Shown here: positions 39,085 through 50,009 of the stretch, piece by piece
How positions within the stretch are numbered: the first letter of the stretch is position 1
Layout: each line of letters starts with the position of its first letter
Assembly: GCF_963921235.1 (NCBI RefSeq)
Contig: NC_086097.1
Span: 136,712,001 to 136,776,000 of the forward strand
Direction: 5' to 3'
Source: Mobula hypostoma
Taxonomy: Eukaryota
Length of the DNA stretch: 64,000 nt
Translations under genes and position numbers: made by a program
The notes under the pieces: model-generated
Told to the model about the DNA's origin: nothing
What the model saw: the letters and a program-made list of their open reading frames with translations, nothing else
Database searches by the model: none

Positions 39085-41578
39085 CACAGCAACAAGGTGG
39101 CAAGCTACTTAATGCAGTGAGATCTCCGGGATCATTTTGGTAGCAGTACATATTCCACCTCAGGCCAATGGCAATCAAGCCTTAGATGACCTGAGCAGTG
39201 GGATCAACATGCATGAAACAGTGCGCCCTAATGCCTTCACCATTGTTTTGGGAGATTTTAACCAGGCCAGTCTGAAAAAATTACTAAACAATTACCATCA
39301 ATAGATCACTTGCAATACTAGAGGAAACAACACACTGGACCATTGTTAATCACTATCAAGAATGCCTACCATGCTATTCCACACCCTCACTTTGGGAGGT
39401 CTGATCACCTGGCTGTACTTCTACTCTGAGTATAGGCAGAGACTGAAGATTGCAGCATCAGTAGTGAAGATCAAGAAGGTATGGACAAGGGAAGCACAGA
39501 AGCGCCTACAGGACCGCTTTGAATCGGTGGACTGGACTATACTCAGGGGTTCATCTTCAAACCTGGATGAGTATGCTGCAGTTGTATCCAACTTCATTAA
39601 AACCTGTGTGGGTAACTTTGTGCCTACAAAGACTTACTGTATATTTCCAAACCAAAATCCGTGGATAAACCAGGAGGTACTTCATCTGATGAAGGCTAGA
39701 TCTACGGCATTCAAGTCTAGCAACCCAGGCCTGTACCAGAAAACCAGGTATGAATTGCAGAGGGCTATTTCAAGGGTGAAGAGACAATTTCAAACGAGGT
39801 TGGAACCGACATCAGATGTATGACAACTCCGGCGAGGTTTGCAAGACATTACCTCCTACAAAGCAAAACCCAATAGCATGAATGGCAGCAATGCTTCACT
39901 ACCAGATGAACTCAACGCCTTCTATACCCGCTTTGAAAGGGAGAATATAACTACAGCTGTGAAGATCCCTGCTGCATGAGATGGCCCTGTGATCTCTGTC
40001 TCAGAATCCGATGTTAGGCTGTCTTTAAAGAGAATGAACCCTTGCAAGGCAGAAGGTCCTGATGGAGTACCTGGTAAGGCTCTGAAAACTTGTGCCAACC
40101 AACTAGCGGGAGTATTCAAGGACATTTTCAACCTCTCACTGCTACGGGTAGAAGTTCCCACCTGCTTCAAAAAGGCAACAATAAGAAGAATAATGTGAGC
40201 TGCCTTATTAACTATTGCCCAGTAGCACTCACATCTACAGCTAGTGATGAAATGCTTTGAGAGGTTGGTCACGATTAGACTGAACTCCTGCCTGAGCAAG
40301 GACCCGGACCCATTGCAATTTGCCTGTCATCACAATAGGTCAACAGCAAATGCAATGCTCTTCACACGGCTTTAGACCACCTGGACAACACAAACACCTA
40401 TATTGGGATGCTGTTCATCGACTATAGCTCAGCATTTAATACCATCATTCCCACAATCCTGATTGAGAAGTTGCAGAACCTGGGCCTCTCTACCTCCCTC
40501 TGCAATTGGATTCTCAACTGCCTAACTGGACAACCACAATCTGTGTGGATTGGTGATAACATCTCCACCTCGCTGACAATCAACACTGGTGCACCTCAGG
40601 GGTGTGTGCTTAGCCCACTGCTCTACCCATGTCTATATACCTATATACCCATGACTGTGTGGCTAGCCAGAGCTCAAATACTACGTTTAAATTTGCTGAT
40701 GATACAACCATTGCTGGTAGAAACTCAGATGGTGATGAGAGGGCATACAGGAGCGATACGTCAACTAGTAGAGTGGTGTCGCAGCAACAACCTGGCACTC
40801 AACGTCAGTAAGACGAAAGAGCTGACTGTGGACTTCCGGAGGGTAAGACGAAGGAACACATACCAATCCTCATAGAGGGATCAGAAGTCGAGAGAGTGAG
40901 CAGTTTCAAGTTCCTGGGTGTCAAGATCTCTGAGGATCTAACCTGGTCCCAACATATCAATGCAGTTATAAAGAAGGCAAGACAGTGGCTATACTTCATT
41001 AGGAGCTTGAAGAGATTTGGTATGTCAACAAATACACTCAAAAACTTCTATAGACGTACCATGGAGAGCATTCTGACTGGCTGCATCACCGTCTGGAATG
41101 GAGGGCCTACTACACAGGACCGAAAGAAGCTGCAGAGGGTTGTAAATTTAGTGAGCTCCATCTTGGGTACTAGCCGACAAAGTACCCAGGATATCTTCAA
41201 GGACAGGTGTCTCAGAAAGGCAGCATCCATTATTAAGGACCTCCAGCACCCAGGACATGCCCTTTTCTCACTGCTACCATCAGGTACGAGGTACAGAAGC
41301 CTGAAGGCACATATTCAGTGATTCAGGAACAGCATCTTCCCCTCTGCCATCCAATTCCTAAATGGACATTAAACCCTTGGACACTACTTCACTTTTTTAA
41401 TATATATAATTTCTGTTTTTTGCATGATTTTTAATCTATTCAATATACGTATACTGTAATTTATTTATTTATTATTACTTTTTTTTTCTTCTATATTATG
41501 TATTGCATTGAACTGCTGCTGCTAAGTTAACAAATTGCATGACACATGCTGGTGATAATAAAGCTGATTCTGATTCTG
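39085..41578 (+). mobile_element. Rex1/Babar-like LINE (EN remnant, RT, 3' UTR)
   Basis: [69 protein letters not shown]; (GATTCT) tail. Confidence 0.92.
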
Positions 41579-41633
41579 AGGGATGGAGTCATTCATGAGA
41601 AGGGTATCTATCCCCAAGATAGCTCGTACATAC

Positions 41634-41706
41634 CATGCCTTGTAAAGAAGCAAGCTGGTTCAGCAGAAGCTTTGATTTGATTTGAATGTCACTGTGTAAT
41701 AAACTG
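41634..41706 (-). CDS. MTBP: MTBP coding exon (~exon 10), SLLHSDIQIKSKLLLNQLASLQGM
   Basis: Tandem acceptor tacag/cag (start 41706 or 41703), ATG|gtatgt donor. Phase 2 to 0 joins the flanking exons in frame. Confidence 0.85.
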
Positions 41707-42439
41707 CTGTACAATTTAATCAAGGTTCTCAACATATTATCAATATAGTGATATTTATCATTAACACAGAGGATACCTACTTTACAATCATAATCACTAA
41801 AACTTCAAGAACCTATTAAAAAGCGGTAACAGATCCCAAGCACCCTTTGTATATTCTACATAGGTTGAAAGTTAAACGGTAATTTATTGAAATCAGAAAA
41901 GTATTCATACAGTCTATTAACGCATTTTAAATTTAAAATTATTATGCAATTTCTACTTTATGATCTTAATTTCATCTCCAGAGAAATGCCGAGCCTCTTA
42001 CAGAATAAACAAATACTGTGGATTCTGCAAGATACAGTTTCGGATATAAACTCAAGTTTATTCTGTTTATATTGCTGTGGAGACGAAGTATTTATGGAAC
42101 TACCCTCAATTCCAATTTCTAAAAGCAAGATCAATGATACAATCTTACTCACAATGAATTGTTCCATAAAAACACTTTGAACACATACATCTCAGTGCCT
42201 GTAGACTATCATAAGTACTAGCCTAGGTTAATTATTCATAGCTAAATCTGTCAATTGATATTGGAAATTTTAAAAAAAACCTCAAAAGTTAAAAGGAAAA
42301 TCCACCGTTCACAAACTAGGAAAATCAGCAAATGGTTTATGAGACAAAAGGAAAAATACGGAGTATACTTCAAAATACTGTTATTTAATTCAAGAAATTA
42401 AAAAAAAACATTAAGCAATTGAATTGAGTACTACAGTGC

Positions 42440-43055
42440 CATTCCCTATATTTCCACTGTTTCTGGAAGGATTGCCAGGCTCCTGAAGAAATACCGGATT
42501 AATACCATCCACAAACCTGTAGAGAAGCTCAAGTCATGGCTTATGCGGGTCAAAGATGACCTGGGATTCAGGTTGGCTGGTGTTTTACAAGATTCCCTGT
42601 GAATGTCGGCTAATTGGTCTGCATAGGGGAAACCCACAGCAAGGAGCATAGGAGGTGTATCTGTTCGGGTTACCTGAAGAAATTGGCGCCAGAAGAATAT
42701 TGCATTCGTAATTACCATCAGATTGACTTTGACAGCACAAAACTACTGTGCTGTGCCAATGGCTTTTGGGACTGCCTGGTAAAGGAAGCCATTGAAATAA
42801 AACTAGAGGAAAAGAATTTTAACAAAGATGAAGGCCTCGCTCTAAATAAGAACTGGAATTCAAATGTAAACAAGATGGGAGAGCGGAAACCTGATTGGAT
42901 GAGGACTAACCATTCAGGAGGGATAGACTACAGGGGTATAAATACCACCGGACTAGATGGCCAAGGCATCATCCCTGATGAAGATGGTGGAACTGTCATC
43001 GAAAAGTTGGTTACAATCAATACCTTTATCAAGTCCAAGGATAGTTTAATCTTGC
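42440..43055 (+). mobile_element. Penelope-like 3' fragment (GIY-YIG C-terminus plus terminal repeat)
   Basis: IPYISTVSGRIARLLKKY; GV..IPCEC..CIGET; LVKEAIEIK....FNKDEG; followed by a CTGATGA..GAAA hammerhead-like core. Confidence 0.82.
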
Positions 43056-43125
43056 TTTAACTAAAAACTGCCCACAAAGGAAGGCAGAAGGAGGAAATGA
43101 AGAGAACAAGTTTGTATATATTCCA

Positions 43126-43540
43126 TAAGACCATAAGACAAAGGAGCAGAAGTAGGCCATTCGGCCCATCGAGTCTGCCCTGCCATTTTTATCATGAGCT
43201 GATCCATTTTCTCCTATTTAGTCCCACTCCCCTGCCTTCTCACCATAAACTTTGATGCCCTGGCTACACAGATACCTATCAATCTCTGCCTTAAATACAC
43301 CCAATGACTTGGCCTCCACTGCTGCCCGTGGCAACAAAATCCATAGATTCACCACCCTCTGACTAAAAAAATTTCTTCGCATTTCTGTTCTGAAGGGACG
43401 CCCTTCAATCCTTAAGTCATGCCCTCTCGTACTAGACTCCCCCATCATGGGAAACAACTTTGCCACATCCACTCTGTCCATGCCTTTTAACATTCGAAAT
43501 GTTTCTATGAGGTCTCCCCTCATTCTTCTAAACTCCAATA
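43126..43540 (-). mobile_element. Young CR1-type LINE 3' fragment
   Basis: Open C-terminal frame EFRRMRGDLIETFRMLKG...TRGHDLRIEG...FFSQRVVNLW; CATAAGAC-type tail; ATATTC on both flanks. Confidence 0.9.
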
Positions 43541-44835
43541 TTCATTCATTATCAGCAAAGAAACCACAAAAAATAGTATCTATACATCAGTTAAATCTGC
43601 AAAAAAATGAGCTGGCCTCAAAGAACAGCCTCAATTTCTAAATATCTATGTTTACATTGTTTACTTTTCTGTAAAAATTTAGTTAATATCTGTAATCTGA
43701 GGAATAAAGAAAAACTGATCAGTCCTGAGTTTCATAAGTGGTTGCAATGACTTGACTGTATCCTTATGTTAAGCAATAACTGAGCAATTTTTAAATTCAC
43801 CCGACTCGCCAACAAAACCACCTTCTTTCTAGTAATAAAGTTGTTAACTAAACTAAAAATACAAGTAAAACAGCATTTTACTTGTAGCAGGTATGAAACT
43901 AATTTTTAAGTGAATAGAATACTCACATGATTACCATGCAAAATATGTGCTGGTTGCTATTTTTAGGTGGAGTTTGATGTGGGAAAATAAGTTAGAGTAT
44001 AAGAACTTGTAATATATCTTGATGATGAAAATTGAAGAGCTTTCCAGAGAACAGAAAGAATGGGATTTTCAAGCTCACAATTACTAATAGCTAAGCACAG
44101 GAACTATATGGTCAAACAGAAGGGTCTTGAAATACAGACATCTTGGTCAAACTCCATATAGCAGTAACTGCATCCCATTCTAGACACGGCACCCCAGGAA
44201 GGATGAATTGCCTCTGGGAGAGGATAAAGTGCATATACACTAAAATAATACAAACTGATTAAACCGTGCTAACAACTCGTTAGAGATTGCTTTGCAAACC
44301 TTTGTTCAAAGCATAGACAATTTAATCACAGTCATGGAATGTGATCAAGATTCAACAGGAGCAACACAAGAGTTCAGAACGAGGCACCTGGACCTTAAAA
44401 TTAGATTCACATCTTTTAGAAGTAGAACTAGGACCCAGTTTCATTAAAGGCAAAGGCTTTTGCCCTATGGAGCCGTGGCTAACACACATCAACTAAAATA
44501 GTCAAGACTTAGATTGACAGACCTCCATTTTACTTCAGTGAATCAAGAAATGTAAAGTACAATAGGTAACTGAGATTGAGGTATCAATCACTGAAGAACT
44601 AATAGTAGGTTTGAGTGGTTGACTGCTCCAATGCTATATCTGCATTCAGAAGTCTCCTAAATTAAACTATACTGGTAAATCAATACATTGCAGTAAAAAA
44701 ATGGCAAAAATAATTACTGTACTTTAAAAAATCAGAACAATGATACTGAAAAAGTACAATTCATGGTTAACTTGGAGAAAGAATAGACTATCAATAAAAA
44801 GTTGGTGAAATCATGCAAGTTGCAAACAAGGATAC

Positions 44836-44930
44836 AATTCAAACTCAATCCCAGACACAAAGCAAGATGGAAGGTCCGCTAGCGCCACCAACTGCACAAA
44901 CTCCAACACTGGCTTATAGTAATGGAAAAC
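44836..44930 (-). CDS. MTBP: MTBP coding exon (~exon 9), [31 protein letters not shown](F)
   Basis: ttattttcaag acceptor, 95 nt, ends at a U12-type donor GTATCCTT. VFHYY.P.LEFVQ...DLPSC motif. Confidence 0.93.
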
Positions 44931-45783
44931 CTTGAAAATAAAAGAAATACAAACATTTACAAGGCAGTTTCAACAACGATGTATAAACAAAATACTTTCA
45001 TTAGAAGGAATCCTCACAAGCAAACACCACTTTTAAAAAATGTAAACTATTTATACAGCAGTTAGCGAGTTTCACCTCCGTGAAGCAGACCATGTCAATG
45101 CTTATGTGGCTGCTTTTCAACAAATTAAATCAAAATTACTTTGTTATATTACAAAGCTTGACTGAATTAGGAAATGTTACTTTACAGAGAAACGATGTGC
45201 GGCCAAATAATTCATAAGTAAATCAGAATTGAATTCATACTTTCCTGTGTCATTATATAAATGGCATCAAACAATTGCTTATGTTTCAGTGATATGCTGG
45301 CGAGTAAACTGTTATTTTTCTGAGATAAACATAGAAATCATTACTGCCACACATGAATGTAGTCATCACGAGCAAGCTCCATATGACAAGAGAAGTTTGT
45401 GCCACACATTGATGTCTTGATCTGACCCTCCATGTTAAACGGAATACTTAAGCAGAGAGATAACTAAGTGTACTGAATAAATCTCCCATAAATATATACT
45501 GAAATGGGATGTAAAGGTCTTCGGAACAGAGAATAACTGTGACTCAGTGGATGTGGTTGATACAAACACAAATTATAATTAGTGAACAATAATAAAAAAA
45601 AGAATGTGTTTTCCCTGAAATTTCGGCGATTAGAGTGAATACATTGTATTTAGAAGTGCTGAAAGCTGGTCAGAACTGGCTGATCTGTATAAATTCATCA
45701 GAGCATGCAGTTAAGAATAATTACAATAGATTGCTGGACAGTTGTGATGCCCATTACAAGCTCACAGTGACATACAAGTTCAC

Positions 45784-45903
45784 CTCTCTTGTTGTATACG
45801 ATGCTCTAGAAGTTATGGTTGAACAGGAGCTTATTAAATGAGACCATGAGTTTTGAGTGCAGGCCCTCAAGCAGAACCCAGGAAACTTGACTTCTGACGC
45901 AAA
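45784..45903 (-). CDS. MTBP: MTBP coding exon (~exon 8), FASEVKFPGFCLRACTQNSWSHLISSCSTITSRASYTTRE
   Basis: ctttttcatag acceptor, GAG|gtgaac donor, 120 nt. An in-frame alternative donor (ACT|gtgagc) lies 18 nt further on, so the 3' end is less certain. F..E..FP.FCL motif. Confidence 0.82.
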
Positions 45904-47268
45904 CTATGAAAAAGAAAAAGTGTTATATACAGAAAGTATTTTTTGCTTTCACACCAAGCAACCTCTACAAAATTTACACACTCACTTAAGTATTCTGTTG
46001 CGAAAAGCAGAGGCCCGGTACAGATCCTAGAGGAGAATTACTTCTCACATCCAGTTCAGCACTGTACTGTCCCTTTATTTCTAGTCTCCATGTCTTATCA
46101 ACTGCTAAACCACATCATAAAGCCACCAGGATTTTGCTTTTAATTCTGTTCTTTTTTTTTTGCAGTCCCTTTATAGGTTTTCTTTATCTGGGTTTATCCT
46201 GGAAATCAAAAGTATAAGCTGGTTATGTAATCATTACACTGGCCTACCGGTGATATACCTACTAGATGCTCATAAGATACAACATTTCTCTGTTTCTGAA
46301 GCTGATTTTTTACTGATTAAATCAAAACTTAAAACTCAGGAAAATAAATAAAAACTTCTCTCTTCCCTGGTGGGTTTAGGAAAGAAACAATTTATGGCAA
46401 GTTGATTGCACTTTCCAAGCATACAGAAATATAATATCCCCAAAATAAGCTGAAAACACTTGAAATATTCAGCAGGTCAGAAATTGTAAGTGGAGAAGGA
46501 AGCAAAGCTAACTTTTTATATTAGATTAGATTAGATTATGAGGACACGCAGTCCTCTTTCAATGTCATTTAGTAATGCATGCAATCAATGATCTTTCACT
46601 ATCAAAGTTAAAACTTAAAGCTTAAGTGGCCGAGAAATGGGAGACAGGCAGAAGGACGGTCTATAACACTGCAGCCAGGGTGGATCGATTGGCAAAAGTG
46701 GCATAGGTAAGCTTTGTCAGAGAGCAGTAAACATATGGCTAGTGGTGCTGTAAATAGGACATGAGCAATAAACGCTTAAATGCCAGGAGAGGAAAAGTTA
46801 AAAATACTAAAACTTTCAGATAAAAATACGGGGTATTTCACCCTCTCCAATTTACATCTCTTACAGATTATATTTCTGTTTTCAAATTTCCAAACCTGCA
46901 GTATTTTCCTTTGAATAAAAGAATCTCTATCAGAATACAGGCAGTCCCCAAATTACAAACAGGTTCCATTTTTTTTTACAAACATCTATAAGTGAGAAAA
47001 ATAAACAAAATTTTAAAAATCGCTTAATCTGTTAACCTTACCTCCACAGTATTGTTATGAATGGCATCAAAAGCACATAAGACTGAGAAGGAAGAACAAT
47101 TATTTAAAGTGCAGAGGGTAAGGAAATTAATTCTACATTTATAGGTACACCAGTTGGATTTTCATTATGGAAGCCCACGAGTATGTTGGGGTGTCCATTA
47201 ATCATAAGTACGTAACCGGGGATGGCATGCATTCTCTGCCACATAAAAATAGAGAAACGGAGTTATAC

Positions 47269-47383
47269 CTTTCGCTCCTGGATGCGTACTTTTCCTCTCC
47301 ATAACACCAATGGATCGATCGTATTCTCTAATTTCTCTGGATCTATAACAGTTGCACCCAGGAACTCTGCAATTTTCTGCCAA
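47269..47383 (-). CDS. MTBP: MTBP coding exon (~exon 7), WQKIAEFLGATVIDPEKLENTIDPLVLWRGKVRIQERK
   Basis: tcattgcag acceptor, AAG|gtataa donor, 115 nt. QKIAE.L and LWRGK...ERK motifs. Confidence 0.92.
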
Positions 47384-47891
47384 CTGCAATGAGACAAATT
47401 GTGTCAAACCCTTGGAGATGGAAGTAATAAACTGCAGCTTAACATGCTGACCACAAAGCTTTGAAACCACCCCCCCACCCCCTGACTATGCTGGTCTTCA
47501 TGCTCCTTAAGGGCACTTCCCATGCTTAACACTTACTCTCTCCCCTTCTTCATTTGGATGCTTATTTAGTTCCCCTTTAAATTCTGCTCCTTGCTACAAC
47601 TACACTATGCAAGGAAGTTCCAAATTCTACTCAGTTTCTCCCCAAATCCACTTAAATCGATGGCCTCTAGCTTTGCTCTTCTCCAGTTGTGAAAACACAC
47701 TCTGTGACTTCCTGATTTTACATCCATTTGGCCATCCCTCAACATTTGCATGCACGAGAACAGAGACGGAGCCTGTTCATGTTTCATAAAGATAACTTGG
47801 CTGTCTTGATCATATCCTTGCGAATGTTTTTCTTTCTGTATGTATAGCTTATGCAACAATTTGCCTTTTGGAACCAATTCCACTTAAAACT

Positions 47892-48033
47892 CCTGCCGAA
47901 GGGTTTCGGCCTGAAATGTTGACTGTACTTCTTTTTCTCCATAGATGCTGCCTGGCCTGCTGACTTCCTCTAGCATTTTGTGTGTGTTGCTCGGATTTCC
48001 TGCACCTGCAGATTTTCTCTTGTTTGTGATCTG
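47892..48033 (+). mobile_element. Penelope-terminal-repeat-derived short insertion with 13-bp TSD
   Basis: TCCACTTAAAACT at 47879-47891 and 48034-48046; body similar to 31835-31960. Confidence 0.85.
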
Positions 48034-48069
48034 TCCACTTAAAACTGTGTGTTTGCTCAAGCTACCTAC

Positions 48070-48214
48070 CATTTGCCATCCTTTGTACTGATGGTAATTT
48101 CTGCTGAATGCCACTCCTTCAGGTGCTTAAATGCACCCACGACAGGCAGCCAGTCTTTCAGCCTTGGAATATCACTACCAGAAATGAGCAAGACTATATC
48201 CAATAACACCCTGC
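48070..48214 (-). CDS. MTBP: MTBP coding exon (~exon 6), [47 protein letters not shown](C)
   Basis: Within ORF 48066-48254; ttgacag acceptor, TG|gtaggt donor, 145 nt. LKD.LP.VGA.KHL.EW motif. Confidence 0.92.
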
Positions 48215-49834
48215 CTGTCAACAGAAAGAAAAGCACTTCAAATGTCAGTCTCAATTCAAAGCATAAAAGGCCAACAGTTCAATGCTAAATTCATATTTTT
48301 CACCTCAACAAGCACTCCTTATAAAACAACTGCAAGCATATCATTAAAAAAGAACTAAAAACAACTCTTTGTTCAAATAAACTACTTTACTTGGGACTCA
48401 AAAATAGCAATTTAATCTCCCTGTGGGCAAATATACCATGTTAAACGTTTATAGAATATTGTCTTAGAATACGGCTGGACTATTGTGGCCAATTCCAGGC
48501 AAAACATTTCAGCAATAACCTTGGTGAGGAAACAGAGGAACCTTACTTGAAATATACCAGGGCTGCTTTTCAGTGCAATAGTAAGCCTGGAGGAGTTAGG
48601 TTTACTTACGAGCAAAGAAGGATGAGAGAATTTTAATATGTCAATTCTGATGTTATCAAATGAATGTTCCCAGCATCTTCTGTTTTTTTATTTCAGATTT
48701 TTAGCAACTGCAGTTTTAAAAATTTTTTAATAAATTTAACGTGCATTCAAAGTTATGGAGAATTTAATCAATAACTGTTTCCTTTGCCAGAAGCTTCAGT
48801 AATCTGAGTTTACAAATTTTTTGGCAATTGGTAAAATAAAGAGATAAAAAGATGAGCATGAAGTTTGTTTACACAATGAATTGTGGGATCTGGGATATGC
48901 AGTAGAAGCAGATTTAATAGGAATTTTCAAAATGAAATGCTGCTAAATTTTTGAAAAAAATTGTGGAGTTGCAGGGGAAGCGATTATGGGGCTAGTTGAA
49001 AAACTCTTTCAAGCTGTTGGCACGTAGCCTCTTTCCACGTTTTGTGAATTGATAGCTAACAACATTGGTGATGTGGCTGAGATCAGGAATCCAGTATCTT
49101 GCACTGCACTCTCTCTGTAGGTGTAACACTTCGTTCTTCAGTGTTATAGTTTTACTTTGCTCTAATCAGTGCATTGCATAATTATTTGATCTGTATGAAC
49201 AGTATTCAGACAAGGTTTCATTGAATCTCAGTTCATGTGATAACAATAAATCATTTCCAATTCCATGAAACTGCATATAGGTGAACACACTCGGGTGTAA
49301 TCCCTGGCTGGTCTATTACTCAGCTAACAATGCCCCCAGGAGTGAAAATTATCTATAATTAATGGCCAGAGTAGCTGATAGGAACGGATAGTCCCTCCAC
49401 AAAATTTCTGAGATCTGCTATCCTCTGTTCTATGGTGCAATATGCTAATATTCCAATCTCCATCTTATCTTTGCTACTCCTAAAATGGAGAGAATGGCCT
49501 TACCATCAGACTCCAAAATAAAACATTTGCATGTTTGCTGATACCTATGAATTTTTAATGCATCACCAAAACATTTTGCTGACAGATTGGCCCACATACT
49601 TACAAAAGATAAATACTGGCAAATTAAACTGTTATGCAGTCCTTTAGGCTGTACAACTCACCAAACTCAGAAAAAGCCTTAATTATACACGATGAAAATT
49701 AAAATCTGAAATAAAATCAGAAAATGCTGGAAACACTCCCTAGATGGGGCATCTGTAAAATCAATTAATTTGAATATGAAAACATCTCAAGGTTCCAACT
49801 CAAGGGTTCTTATTGAAGGTGTATGGAGAGTTAC

Positions 49835-49893
49835 CAGGAGGGGGAAGCTGATCAGCAAGTCGATGTAGACCCTCTGCTGCCTCTTCAAATAAC
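49835..49893 (-). CDS. MTBP: MTBP coding exon (~exon 5), LFEEAAEGLHRLADQLPPP(G)
   Basis: ttattttttag acceptor, G|gtaact donor, 59 nt, phase 2 to 1. Confidence 0.9.
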
Positions 49894-50009
49894 CTAAAAA
49901 ATAAAACACGTCAATAGATATTTTTCATATTTTCAAATTATCATTATCTTTTTTTAGATTATGAGAACACTCAGTCCTCTTCATTTGCAAAACAAAACAT
50001 ATAAAAACT

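Larger units (their letters stand above)
41707..44835 (-). other. MTBP: U12-type (minor spliceosome) GT-AG intron of MTBP
   Basis: Donor GTATCCTTG; branch-point-like CCTTGAT (41719-41725) ending 12 nt before the first 3' splice junction; no strong polypyrimidine tract. Confidence 0.88.

Noticed and set aside
41765..41780. Second GTATCCTC motif near the 3' end of the U12 intron
   Set aside because: Imperfect match with no supportable upstream exon; treated as chance.
45665..45710. TGATGA...CTGA (C/D-box-like) on the gene strand within the duplicated intron
   Set aside because: The boxes are only ~21 nt apart with no terminal stem, too short for a snoRNA.
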